A DNA stretch of 64,000 nucleotides, from contig NC_058383.1 in NCBI RefSeq assembly GCF_018350175.1, positions 9,922,001 to 9,986,000 of the forward strand. The letters are read 5' to 3'. Below the pieces are notes generated by a model, which was not told the DNA's origin, did not search any database, and saw only the letters and a list, made by a program, of their open reading frames with translations. The translations under genes and the position numbers were made by a program. Shown piece after piece: positions 11,988 through 24,899 of the stretch. Each line of letters opens with the position of its first letter. Positions within the stretch are counted from its first letter, which is position 1. The DNA comes from Felis catus. Lineage: Eukaryota.

Positions 11988-12458
11988 AAATCTTCAGATT
12001 TAATTTTTATTTAAATGAGAAGGGAGGCAGTCCAAGGGTGGTAGATCAGTTCCACAAAGCCATCAGGGATTCAGGTTCCTTTTGTCTTCCTGCTCCACTG
12101 CCCTTAAACATCTCCTTGTCTTTTTCGCCCCGAGATGGTCCTTCAGCCTGTAGCATCACATGGTCACCTGGGCAGGAAGGAGGGAGGGGAGAAGAGTGTG
12201 GTGTGTTCATGTTAAGAGCTCTCCAGAAGTACTCCCTTAACCCGGTGACTTTCGTTTTTATATCCTTGGCCAGACCCATATTCAGCGGACCCCATTGACT
12301 GTAGGAAGCTAGGAAATGTAGTTGGCGTACCACTGCTTTGGGTGACGTAGAGGCTCTGCTAGAGGGGGAGGGAGATCGATATTGGGTAGGTGGCTAAAGG
12401 TATCTGCCATGTTTGGTCTCTGCGTATTGCTTGAGAGAGAGACACGGAGACTGGAGAA

Positions 12459-12461
12459 TGC

Positions 12462-12500
<39 letters not shown>
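12459..12500. repeat. (TG)n microsatellite
   Basis: Seen directly. Confidence 0.95.
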
Positions 12501-12501
<1 letters not shown>

Positions 12502-12559
12502 ACGCTTTCGGAATGCTGATAGAATCAGGGTCCTAAACGTGGAGGGTATAGGCTTGGGC

Positions 12560-13960
12560 TCATAGTTGGCTCAAATCGTGGATACTATTAATGTTGTAAA
12601 GTTTTTTGAAACCGAGCTTGCTCACATGGGAAAGACCTTTCCAGTGAACAGACCAGTCCTTCCATTGTTAGTCCTGTTTCCCGGGTCTGGTCCCCTGAGG
12701 TGGTCCCTCTTTAAGCCTGTTTGCTGCTTTTTCTGGCATTGTGAATTGATACTCGACATGCTTTAGTTCCTGTTTTTAACATCTCTTGCTTCTCGTTCTG
12801 GAACGTGGATCTCTAATTCCCACTAGGGCTTTCCCTCTGCTCTCTGGTGTTCTGGTTCAGTGTTCTCATCCTGGGCTGCCCTGTGGTTCTGTTTGTGGAC
12901 TTCCTGTTGTTTTTCTCCACTTGCCCCCTTGTGCTGATAGAGCACATCCTTCCATTTCTAAAAATATTCTTGTAGTTCACACTTAGCAGTTGGCATACGG
13001 AGTATAGAATTCTAGGAATTCTAGCATGCAGCCATCATCCCTCAGATTTTGAAGAATATTGTTTGATTCTAGCTTTACAATGGCTGTCAGGAAGTCTGGA
13101 TAAAATTTAGGTTCCTGTACCTTTATATGTGGCTTTTTCTTTTTCTTCTCTGTAAGGATGTAAGGATCTTTCTTCCTCTAGCGTCATTAAAATTTTACAG
13201 TGGTGTTTGTGTTTTTTAAAATTTGTTGGTATTGAACCCCCGGTGCATCTTTCAGGAAACCTGTCCTGTGTTCTGGGAAACTTCCTTCATCTATTTCTTT
13301 GGTAATTTGCCCTTGTTTCTGTCTTCTCTTTTTTGGGACTCTTGGTTGTCAGTCCTCCTGGATTGAGCCTCAACTTTCCTTTTTTTCTGTCCTTGCCCAT
13401 CTCGCTTTTGCCATCCCACTGTCTGGGAGCTGTCCTGGACTCTATTTGCCATCTCATCTGAGGAACGGTTCATTCATTTGTTTTGTTTTGTTTTTAACTT
13501 TCCCCAGCATTGTGTTCTTGTTTCACGCATACATCAGCTTTTCTTATGTTTTGAGTATTGGTTGTAATTTTCTTCTCTCTGCTTTTCAGATTAAAAAAAA
13601 AACTCCATTCTTTTTCTGCCTGATTTTTTTTTTCCTGCCCATTGGATATTGTCCATTTGTCTTAGGTTTGGTGGTAGGTCCCAGACTCCTATCATTAGGT
13701 CAGTGTTACTGTTTCTTATGTGAAAGGCTTGAGGTGAGTAAAGCAGGGCTGGTTGGTAGCTGTGCTCCGTAATGGTTTCCGATGCTGAGCACTCTTCCAT
13801 CTCTCTGTGTTCCCATTTGTAGGGCAGAGCTCTGGGCCTTGTGGTTGAGAATGGTGGCCTCTAAATTCCAAGCACCGGAGGGAAAAGAGAGGGCTGAGAG
13901 TATGAACCTGTGACCCTCACACTGAGTGATGTTTTCCAGAACCTTGTCTTTTGGCTATAA
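12560..13960 (-). mobile_element. Old degraded L1 fragment
   Basis: T-rich antisense L1-like text (tatagaattctagg...ccctcagattttgaag...). Confidence 0.5.
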
Positions 13961-15349
13961 CCAGCAGCTGCAAGGAAAGCTAGCAAATCCCTATATTCCG
14001 ATTGCACGTGTGCCCAGCCAAAAATCCTGCTCCTATGGGAGAGGGGAGGACAGCCACTGGGAGACAGGCGGCCGTCTCTTCCATAGAGGCTTTCCTCAAA
14101 TGTCTTGCAATCTTCGGCTGCCCATTAGGATGGGAAAGAGGCATCGGAAGTGCTTGGTAGGGCACGTCGCAGTGTGCTCACTTGGCCTCCCACGTGTCTC
14201 TGTTCACTTGTTTCCGCAGGAGCCACTCTGTTCTCCATCGCCTGCCTGTGTGAATGCCTGGCTACCAGCGTGCTGGGAGCCGCCGGGAGCCGAACAGGGG
14301 AACGGGACAGAGGGCCTCTCCGGCTGTTACTGAAACGGTCCTCTAATAACCCTGTTACCAGTTTACCTCCCTCCTGCCCTCTGCTGTCCCTGAATCGAGA
14401 ACTCTTTTGGTTCTATTCCATTTCTCCAGAAGATAGACTCCATGATCCTGGAGGTGGTGGGGAGGAGTGGCCATCTGGATGCATAGGGACAGGGACTGAG
14501 TGGCAATGTTCAACGTGTCCTGTTTATTCAGCTCCACTTCTACAGTAGCTCTGATGGCTCGTTCTGTCAGTTCCTGGGGCTCTGAGCTGTAGACCAGCCC
14601 CTTCTTTATTGGTGCTCCCTTCTGATGGGTTGGTCAGACTCTGCCATCTGTTCTGACATGTTGGGCTTGTTACCAGTTCTCTTGTTCTTTGTTCTTGTTG
14701 GATTGTGCCTTTCTGTTCCACAGGGCAGGAGAGACTAAAAGGTGAGTGTGAAGTCTGTCTTGCTCAGCCACAGGTTTTGCTACCTGCTCATGATAGAAAT
14801 GTTCTCCGTCTTCAGAGCGGGAAATTGGTGTTGATTGAGTGCCATTGTTCCCAGCCTTTTGCTCAGCTTCATGTGGGACGTGCCATCTAGGCAGGGTCCT
14901 TGGCTTCACATAATGGTAACATAGGTAGGGAGATCAAAGGTACTCCCAGTGACCAAGAAATCCCTGTAGTATCTAGTACTATAGCCTTTCAGAGGAGGAA
15001 AATCTTTGTGGGCTAGCCTATCTGGTAGTAGTTTCTTGGAAGCAATGGCACAGTAGCTGAGTCTAGAAGGATGAAATGGCAGAGAAAGAGGCAGAAGATA
15101 ATTCTGGGCAGGAGAAAAGGATGAGCAAAGGTGTAGAAGTGAGAAGAGCCTGTTCAAGGGCCGGTTGGTGGTCACTTAGTCTACAGCACAGGTTACATTT
15201 AGAGAATACCAGGAAAATAGAGTTCAGGTAACCAGATTCAAGAAGACCTTAAAATGTGTACGGATGGGTCTGGACTTGATGAAGAAGAAGGAAGAGGAGA
15301 GTGAGGTTATAAAAGTGATATTTAGGGAGGACGTGAAGGTTGGTAGCAC

Positions 15350-15540
15350 GCAGGTAGTGTGTAGGAGCTCGTGAGAGCCAATTGTAAAATGGCCCAGGAA
15401 GTTTTACGAGCTGGTTAATGTTACTTTGGCAGCTTGAGATCAGCCAGAGTTAAACTGTTTACACCACAGGAATGGGCACACCCTGCAAGGCACCCTTTCC
15501 CCAAGAGCTGATTGTTAAACATTTACCAGCACACCACCAT
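15350..15540. mobile_element. MER63-like hAT DNA transposon
   Basis: gagctcgtgagagccaattgt... and terminus ttgttaaacatttaccagcacaccac. Confidence 0.65.
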
Positions 15541-16189
15541 ATGCAGGACATGTTGAAGGGACAGACTTTTGTTAGTGAATTTTCCATTCCACGAGAGGCA
15601 CTGCTTCAGGCGTGTTGCAGCTAAGCCTGTCACGGGGATCCCGGAATGTGTTTCAGAAGGTGGGAGTTGTGCAGATAAAAGTTTTGGAAATATTTTCAAA
15701 AACGAGTGACTAGACCTGATGATGATGTTTTATGAGTGACAAAGGAAACCAAAGAATAGACTTGCTTGAAGCTTTCTCATTTGAGAAAAATGTTTAAACA
15801 GGAATAACTGGCAAAGAGATGTATTAACTTCAGTTTCACTCACTGGTGAGAACAGCCAGATTGAGGTGGCCTGTAGAAGATGGTTTCTAGGTGGCAGATT
15901 GTCCCATGATTCCGTTTAGGAATGGGGCCAGGGTTTAGGGGACAGATCCAGGTCGGTGATAGGAGACCTGAAGCAATTCAGAAGGTGTGAGGGCAGTGGA
16001 CAGAAACTTCTGTGACAAATGCCTGGGGCTTGGAGATGAAAGGGGAGGCAAAAGAAGGCTGGTGGCTCTGTGCCTCCGGCACCATCTTGTCTGATGTATT
16101 TTCCGGTTTGGCTGTCATCTTCCAAATGGGGTCCTGCCTGTGAGTCACACTGACACTGCTCAGGCTTTGTCTTCATCGCTTTTCTTCCT

Positions 16190-19025
16190 TTGCTATTGTT
16201 AGAATTCACATACCATGAAGTTTACACTTTTAAAATGCAGTTTAGTGGTTTGTCGTGTATTCATAAGGTTGTGCGTCTATCAACACGACATAATTCCAGG
16301 TCATTTCATCACCTTGAAAAGAAGCCTTGTACCTGTTGGCAGTTCCTCTCCTATCCCTCAACACCCCTTGATCGCTCCTATTTTGCTTTGTTTCTGTGAG
16401 TTTTCCTATTCCTAGACATTGTACATAAATAGAATCCCCAAATGTGTGGTGCTCTGTGTCTAGCTTCTTTCACTTAGGTGAACTTTGAAAATATATTGCT
16501 ATGTTGTAATGTGTATTAATACTCTGTTCTTTCTTTAAAAATTTTGTCTCAATTTTGATAAATGTGCAAACCTAATATTCATCATTTTGATTATGTTCAG
16601 GTATGCAATCCAGTGGTATTAAGTACATTCAGTATTGTGAAACTGTCATTACCACTGCCCATTTCTGGAACTTTTCATTATCCCAAACATTGTTTAGCTA
16701 TTAAACAGTAACTCCCCATTCTCCCCCTCCTCCAGCCCCAGTAATCTTTATTTCTACTTCATGCTTCTCTGAATTTGTCTCTCATGGGTACTCATATAAG
16801 TGGAATCCTACAATATTTGTCCTTTTGTGATTGGCTTCTTTCACTTGGCATAGTATTTTCAAGGTTCATCCATGTTCTAGCATATACCAAATTTCATTCG
16901 TTTTAAGGTTGAACGATATATTGTGTGGATTTAACTGGGTTTTGTTCATTCATCGGTTGGTGGACACTTGGGTTGTTGTTTCCTCTTTTTGGCTACTGTG
17001 AATAATGTTGCTTTTACATTGGCGTACAAGTTCTTGTGTAGACCGAAGTTTTCATTTTTCTTGGGTTTGTGCCTAGGAGTGCAAGTGCTGGCTTATGTAG
17101 TAACTCCCTTGGTTAACTTTTTGAAATACTGCCAAACTATTTTCCATAGTGGCTGCAACATTTCACATTCCCACCAACAATACAAGGGTTCCAGTTACTC
17201 TGCGTCCTCACCAATGCTTGTTTTCCATCTTTCAAATTATAGGCATCCTAGTGGGTGTGGAGTGGTATCTCATGATTTTGACTGCACTTCCTGATAACTA
17301 AAAAGATGTTGCCCATCTTTTTATGTGTTTATTGGCTATTTGTAGGTCATATTTGGAGAAATGTCAGTTCATATTTTTTGTCCATTTTTTTTTTAACGTT
17401 TGTTTATTTTTGAGAGACAGAGACAGAGTGTGAGCAGGGAAGGGGGCAGGAGAGAGGGAGATACAGAATCCAAAGCAGGCTCCAGACTCTGAGCTGTTGG
17501 TTCAGAGCCTGACACGGGGCTTGAACTCCCAAACCATGAGATCATGACCTGAGCTGAAGTCAGACGCTTAACCAACTGAGCCACCCAGGCGCCCCTTCTT
17601 TGCCCATTTTTAATTGGATTTTCTTCTTATACTTATAAAAGTTATTTATATTGACTGGATAGTAGGTTCTTCTTAAATATGATTTACAGATATTTTCTCC
17701 GATTCTGTAAGTTGTCATTTCACATTCTTTTTCTTTTCAGGAATGTACAAGTGTCTTTTCATTCAAAAATACAAAATCATCTATAGGCATACACAGTGAC
17801 ATCAGTAAGCCACTGTGTTATTAGTTTAAACCAGTAAATGATGGTTATAGTGACTTTTTTCAGTCATTTTCTTTGTTTTCTTGATAATATCCTTTGAAAC
17901 ACAAAAGTTTTTAAACTTGAAGTCCAGCTTATCTTTTTTGTGTGTGTGATTTGTGCTTTGCATGTCATGTCTAAGAAACCATTATCCAAAGTCCGAAAGA
18001 TTTATATCTGTTTTCTTCTAAGAGTCTTACAGTTTAACTCCTCCATTTAGGTGTATCATCCATTTTGTTAGCATTTGTATATGTGTGAAGTGGAAATCCA
18101 ACCTCACTCTTTTGCATATTGACAACCAGTTGTCCCAGCACCATTTGTTGAAAAGACTACTCTTTCCTCGTTGAATGGGGCTGGTACCCTTGTTGAAAAT
18201 CCATTGACTCTACACAAGTGTAGGTTTGTTTCTGGACTCTCAATCTACATTCTCCATTCTATTCTCTTGATCTGTGTGTGTCCAAACCACTCTGGCTTGC
18301 TTACTGTAGCTTTGTAATCTTTGAAATTGAAAGTGTGAGTCTTCCATTTTTATTCTTGTTTTAAGTATTGTTTTGGCTACTTGACATCCCTTGAATTCCC
18401 ATGCAAACTTTCAGATCAGCTTGACCATTTCTGCAAAGATTGTTGAAATTTTGGTAGTGGTTGCTTTGAATTTATGTATCAACCTTGGGAGTATTGCCTT
18501 CCTATTAAGTCTTATCCGTGGACAGGGAATGTATTTCCATTTAGGCCTTTAGTTTTTCCTTTAAAAAAAATTTTTTTAACGTTTATTTATTTTTGAGACA
18601 GAGAAAGACAAAGCATGAACGGGGGAGGGTCAGAGAGAAGGAGACCCAGAATCTGAAACAGGCTCCAGGCTCTGAGCTGTCAGCACAGAGCCTGACGCGG
18701 GACTCGAACTCATGGACCGCGAGATCATGACCTGAGCCAAAGTCAGCCGCTTAACTGACTGAGCCACCCAGGCGCCCCAGGCCTTTAGTTTTTTCAACAG
18801 TGTTTTGTAGTTTCCAGTATACAGTTCTTGCATTTTAAATTTGTCGTGACTTCATTTTGATGCTATTGTAAATGGAGTTGTTGTCCTCATTTTTGGATTG
18901 TTTATTGTTGGAGCATAGACTTACAGCTAACTCTCCTGTGTTGATCTTGAACTCATTTTTTTTTTAGCTCTAATACATTTTTTTTTTCTGGATTCTTAGG
19001 GCTTTTAATAGCAAGATTACATACC
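16190..19025 (-). mobile_element. L1 3' region interrupted by SINEs (~17385-17595 and ~18560-18778) and a short retro-insert
   Basis: Canonical antisense L1 motifs (ttcacattcccaccaacaa, ccagcaccatttgttgaaaagac). Confidence 0.85.
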
Positions 19026-19057
19026 TCCTCTTGACTTCCTATTTTCCTTGTCCACAG

Positions 19058-19252
19058 GCCTTGCTGCTGCTTCACCGGCGATCAGCACCCCCTGAAGAGC
19101 AGCACCTGGTGGAAGCAGCCAAGCTTCTTGTCCTCCTTAACCTGTCCTTTACATACCTGAAGCTGGAGCGGCCCGCCACGGCCCTGCGTTATGGAGAACA
19201 GGCTCTGATCATTGACCGGAAGAATGCCAAGGCCCTCTTCCGGTGCGGACAG
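19058..19252 (+). CDS. FKBP6: FKBP6 exon 6 (195 nt), TPR repeats
   Basis: ALLLLHRRSAPPEEQHLVEAAKLLVLLNLSFTYLKLERPATALRYGEQALIIDRKNAKALFRCGQ; ccacag acceptor and GTGTGT donor. Confidence 0.96.
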
Positions 19253-19379
19253 GTGTGTTGGAGGGCAGGGACTGGGGAACGAATGCCCAAGAAAAGGTAG
19301 TGGTGATGTTCAACTTGGGCCCTAGAAAAACACTGTCTTTCCTAACCAAGTGTGTTTTTAAAACTCCATCCTTTGACAG

Positions 19380-19489
19380 GCCTGTCTTATCATGACTGAG
19401 TATCAGAAGGCTCGAGATTTTCTAGTCCGAGCCCAGAAGGAACAGCCCTTCAATCATGACATCAATAACGAGCTGAAGAAACTGGCCAG
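19380..19489 (+). CDS. FKBP6: FKBP6 exon 7 (110 nt), TPR repeat
   Basis: ACLIMTEYQKARDFLVRAQKEQPFNHDINNELKKLA(S); read directly (absent from the ORF track); gacag acceptor and GTGAGA donor; phases fit exons 6 and 8. Confidence 0.95.
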
Positions 19490-20820
19490 GTGAGACCTCT
19501 GTTTGCGGGAGTGCGAACCAAAGAGAGAGAGATGAGCCTTGGGGCTGCGGTTCATGTCTGTCCACCTGGCGAAGGACTATTTGGCAATGTTGTGTGGAGC
19601 GTGTTACAAGGCAGTGCCCCCTAGAGCTGGCTTTAAGAAGTGCTAAACCAACAGCTCCCACTGAGGAGCCTGGGACAAACTTCAAAACTGCAAATCCGGA
19701 TCCTATCCCATCTCCCTATTCCCCACCCCTTACCCCCAAAGTAAGCACTCTATAACAGGCGGGCCAGTGTAATTTTTTGAAACAGTGTAATCTTGTTCTT
19801 CAGATACTTTCCCCTACTTGCCACAACTGAAAACCACTGTTCTTAACAGAATGCAGAAATGTGTCTTGTAGATCCTGGTTTGATCTGCAGTGGATCTTTC
19901 AGGTCTAATTCATACCCAGAGGGTGACTTTTTGTTATCCAAATAATACCAGTACCAGTCTTTCAGCAGTGTAGCTTTTTGTGATTACAGAAGTTACTTTC
20001 AAAGTTTTCTACTTTGACTATATCAGCATATAAATAAGAGTTGTCCATAATAATCTGTCCAGTTTCTTAGGTATTATTTTTTTATTCTTCTCTACTGGTA
20101 AGATTCTCTACTCCTGTTGACATTAAACATTTCATCTGGATTGCTAGTTGAAGCCCCTTGATGTTAAAAAAAAAAAAAATCCTGTGTGCACCCCTTACAC
20201 TTGAATCCATTTGTTGTATTTCAGACCTTTTAAGACTGTCCAGAAATCTCTTTTCTGATTGTTTTTAAACTGAAATATTTATTACATAAGTAGACTAAGT
20301 TCTACACCCAACATGGGACTTGAACTTACAACCCGGAGATCAGGAGTCACATGTTCTACTGACTGAGCCAGCCAGGCACCCCTCTTCTGTGGTTTTTAAA
20401 AGTATCCTGTCCCACCTAGGTGCCAAAAATAATAAGTGTATCCTTTGAAGATACTTACAAGTCCGATGTAGAAATTTTGGAATCTGACCATTATTTAGCA
20501 AAGAAATCTCAAGATAAATCAGAGGTCACCGAGTATGAGGCAATTTGGGAAGACTCGGCCTGGGAGCCCTTACAGTGGCTCCAGCCTTTAAGGTTGTCAT
20601 CTTCTCAGATTGTGGGCTTCAGGTTGTCCATGTGCTTCTTAAACAGCCCTTCCCTGGGAGCCTCTCCTGGTTCCCCTACACGTCCGGCTTCCATCGCCTC
20701 CAGATTCAGTTCAGGGCTTGCTGAATTTTCAATGTTTCTGGACCTGAGTGGAGTATTCTAGCCACCAGATGTCACCTCCTACAAAGACAGACTTTCTCTA
20801 AAGTGTATTTTTGTCTCCAG

Positions 20821-20911
20821 CTATTACAGGGACTACACAGATAAAGAGAAAGAAATGTGTCACCGAATGTTCGCTGCTTATGATAATGGCTCTACAGTAG
20901 GAGAAAATTGA
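20821..20911 (+). CDS. FKBP6: FKBP6 exon 8 coding part (91 nt) ending in TGA
   Basis: YYRDYTDKEKEMCHRMFAAYDNGSTVGEN*; ctccag acceptor; AG|GTAATC donor 2 nt after the stop. Exons sum to 57+118+90+203+120+195+110+91=984 nt. Confidence 0.94.
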
Positions 20912-22281
20912 AGGTAATCAAAGGGCTGAAGCATGCAAGGCTTCAGGATTTTGTCCAGTATATGGAAGGATGGTTGTTCTCCTCAACCCACTAGTGAATA
21001 GTGGCTGTCTACAAGTGAGTATAGATGGGAGGGGTAGAAAGTTCCTGTGGGAAGCTAATGGCACAGTGACTGTGTAGAGTGCACATACCATGGGCCTCCT
21101 CATGAAGATGATCATGGTGAAGATTGGAAAGTTCCAGAGCTGGAGATTCAATTTATAGGTGGAGGCGGTCTTAAGCCTTAAAATTAAAAATTTTTTCCAT
21201 GTTTTATGTTAACCTTTCCCTCCCAGTAGCTCAGAACATGAAACTGTTGAGTATAGTCATTAATGTGATGGTTTATCTGGGCTTTGCAATGAAGAGTAAT
21301 GCCTTTCTTAATCTGTTTTTTTTCCTGGAAGCCTCCAGCATCACTTTATGTCTAACACATTGTTAAGACAAAATCCAGATGTTGGGCAGTAGGAATGAGC
21401 TGTGACTCTTAAGTTCTGCTTACTGTCAGTCGGAGAGATTTGAAGGTGTTGGAACCACCAGGGATCACAACCTAACTTTCCTGCTGCAGCAGATGCCTTG
21501 TGATTTAGCAGGCACAGGGTTAAGGTTCCCCTGTGAGTTCATGAGATAATTCTCTAGTCTGGTTTACTATTACTTAAGAAAATTAATGGAAACAAAATCA
21601 CCTGCCTTAAACACCTGCTTTGCTGGGTAGATAACTCAGCTCTCTTGAGAGAAGTTAAACAAGGAGCAACAAGAAAACAGCTGCCGAATGGGCTCATGGT
21701 AATAAATCTCTCCTTTGTTGCTACCTACATCTCTCTACAAAAGAGATTGGAGAGAAGAAGGCAGTGAAAAGGCCTATTCATCCCAGACATTTTCGCAAGT
21801 GATCTAAAAGCTGTTGTTCTCTGCCCTGTCAAAAACAACCAGTCGGTATCAGAAGTAAATGTTGCCTTTATCACAAGCTCTGACCCAGTGACCCTGGCCT
21901 TTGGGTCTTTCAGGGACATTGAAGTATTAGTGGGTTTTCTGAACTGAGACGTGAGCCAGAATACTTCTCCTATTTGGCTACTGTTAATGTCCAGCAGGAA
22001 GAGAGGTTTGCTGGCTTTTTGCCAGACGTTTTGGACTGTCGTGTCATCTGGCATGTCGTACCATTTAGTGGAGACCCAGTTCTTCCAGGGTCTGTCCTGG
22101 AAACAGATCTTGGAAAATCCAGCAGGGCAGCTCCTCATCGTTGTCTCTAACCCCCCAGCTTTCTCCGTCTCGAAGGTGTTTTGGACCTGATGAGTTTTTA
22201 GATGGTTTCCCAGATATTCCTAAGTTTTGGGTGTTTTGTCAAATTAGGAATGACTGTGTTTGAGTCTAAAATGGCCATTAT

Positions 22282-22403
22282 TGGGAGGCCTGGGTGGCTC
22301 AGTCAGTTAGGCATCGGACTTCAGTTCAGGTCACGATGTCACAGTTCATGGGTTCGAGCCCAGTGTAGGGCTCTGTGCTGACAGCTCAGGGCCTAGAGCC
22401 TGC
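22282..22403 (+). mobile_element. Truncated carnivore SINE
   Basis: SINE head ending at gagcctgc with no CT tract. Confidence 0.75.
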
Positions 22404-24032
22404 AAAATGTCTATTCTTGTCTTACTGCCACTACTGTTGAGATTGTGACATATTTTGGCTTTTGGGTCTTCAGTGTTCTATCACTTAACAAGTTTTAAGA
22501 TTCTTTCGACAACCTAGTTTTGACACAATTGGTTCTTGTTTTCCAAGATGTTAAATACTAGTCATCTGTCTGCATCTTGTCTTATAAGATGTTGGTCCTC
22601 CTGGTGGAATGAGTGTTCTCTTAATTACAGTCTCGAAGTTTCCGCTTATAACAGACTACATTTTTGGAGATCAGAGACCGTGTGTTTTCTGTCTTTGTAT
22701 TTTCTAGTGTCTGGAAGCTTGCCCAGCACATAATTGGCACTCAGTAAATGTTGGTTGGATCAAGTGTAAAATAGCCGAAATGCTAAACCAGCCTTTTTGA
22801 AACCATATCCTCCAAGCTGGCTCTTGTGTTGGCTGTCAGGACCCTCATTATTGCCAGTGACAGAAACCTGTCTTCAACGAGCATCAGCTAAAAAAGAGAT
22901 TTGCTGAAGGGATTTGGGGCACTCACAGAATCGGAGTTGAACAGCCAGTACTTGAGCAGGTGGACACCTGCGGTTCTGAAGGCCTCAACAACCTTGTCTC
23001 CTCTGCTTCATGCTCTCCTGTAGAGTGCCCAAGTGTCCTTTCGCAGCCTTTCTATTTGAGAGCGGGCTCTTCCCTACCCCCACACCTTCCTCTTCTTCCT
23101 ATACCAGCCAGGGCTCCAGCTTGAAAACTCCTGAAGCAGGACTCTGGCCTGTTACCGTGTGTTGAGTCCCACGAGTGGCTCCCTTCTTAGCGCTGCATAG
23201 TAGGGCGGGGGAGCAATGACTGAAGCAAGAAAGCCACTTGTCTCAGAACACAAAGGGGAGGAAGGGGAGGGGCAGATTCGAGGGAAGATGCCCATCAAGG
23301 GTATTTAGCTGTTGCAGCTCTCACTGTTCTGCAGGGTGTGACTTCTGTCTCACTCTAGCGGAGGCAGCGGGTTGAACGAGGCATCTCTTTGCGGCTGCTG
23401 CTCTGCTGGCATCTCCACGGTGCAAAGGAGCAACACGGCATTGCCATTGCGGCACCCTTTTTCCTCTGGGTGGATCTCCAGAGGGTATGTCGACCACACA
23501 CGTACTTCTGGGTGGGCGTATTCTTGGGGTGATCTAAGAGGTCAAGATGGAAGTCAACCTTTCGACTCCTGCACTTTGGAAGGCCTGAAGGTTTATAGCA
23601 AACCCCGAGCTGGTGTATGATAAGCTGTTTTGAAGCTGCAAACAAACCTGTGGTTTGCAGTGCAGTGGATGCAGTGTTCCTGCACGTGTACTTAACGGTG
23701 TTCAGACTTTGACAACTAGACGTTTCCTAGCTACCTACTTGGTGGAGACCTCCCATAGCTCCCTCCCAAGTACTGGTGGTTTCACCGGGGCCACCAGAGG
23801 GCTTTCATAACAGGTGCCGACCTAATTGGAAACACTTGGGGTAGTGTTCTAACCTTTTTCCTAGTTCTGTTTCTGTGCCTTGTGTTGCTCTCTTCAGTTA
23901 GAGCTTGAGTGTGTCCTTCTTGTCCTGACATGCTAGCAGCATCTGAGACCGTTGCCGTACTTCTATCGTGTCTGGAAAAGAGATGTAAAGTGAGCAACGT
24001 AGCTATTTTCAGCTGTTTAAATGGTTGACCTA

Positions 24033-24253
24033 GGGGCGCCTGGGTGGCGCAGTCGGTTAAGCGTCCGACTTCAGCCAGGTCACGATCTCGCGGTCCGTGA
24101 GTTCGAGCCCCGCGTCGGGCTCTGGGCTGATGGCTCGGAGCCTGGAGCCTGTTTCCGATTCTGTGTCTCCCTCTCTCTCTGCCCCTCCCCCGTTCATGCT
24201 CTGTCTCTCTCTGTCCCAAAAATAAATAAAAATGTTGAAGAAAAAAAAATTTT
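24033..24253 (+). mobile_element. Young feline SINEC_Fc-type SINE (older SINEs follow at ~24286-24470 and ~24662-24850)
   Basis: Intact CpGs; perfect TSD tttaaatggttgaccta. Confidence 0.92.
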
Positions 24254-24899
24254 TTTAAATGGTTGACCTAAAATAGGTGAATTCAGGGGTGCCTGGGTGG
24301 CTCAGTGGTGTGTTCAATTCCTTATTTCGGCCCAGGTCATGATCGCAGGGTCACGGGATCGGACCCAGCATAAGATTCCACACAGAGCACCCCCCAGATT
24401 CCCTCCCTCCCTCTTATCTCTGCCCCTCCCCCCTCCCTTGTGCTCTGTCTCTCTCAAAATAAATAGTTTAAAAAATAGGTGAATTTAGGGACAGTATCAC
24501 CTATGCTTCCTTTGTGTGATAAGAATATTACTAACTGAAAACCCAATGTAGTGTGTGTGTGTGTTTAAGAGCTTTTGTTTTCCCTACAATTTCTAAATGC
24601 CTTTGTTTTTGTTTGTTGAACTGTTTGCCTTTATCCTTACCTCTTTAAAACTCTGGTGCCAGGGGTGCCTGGTCAGTTAACTTAGTTAAGTGTCTGACTC
24701 TTGATTTTTGGCTCATGTCGTGATCTCATGGTTTGTGAGTTCGAGCCTCTCACTGGGCTGTGTGCTGAGAGCTCAGAGCCTGCTTGGGATTCTCTCTTTG
24801 ACCCTCCCCCACTTGTGCATGTGTTCTCTCTCAAAAAATAAACTTTAAAAATCCTACATATTAAAACTCTGTGATACCATTTAGTCTGGGACTTCCCTT

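Noticed and set aside
21725..22138. 137-aa ATG-initiated antisense ORF in FKBP6 intron 8
   Set aside because: No recognisable similarity or promoter context; length is within chance. A tBLASTN or PhyloCSF check would settle it.
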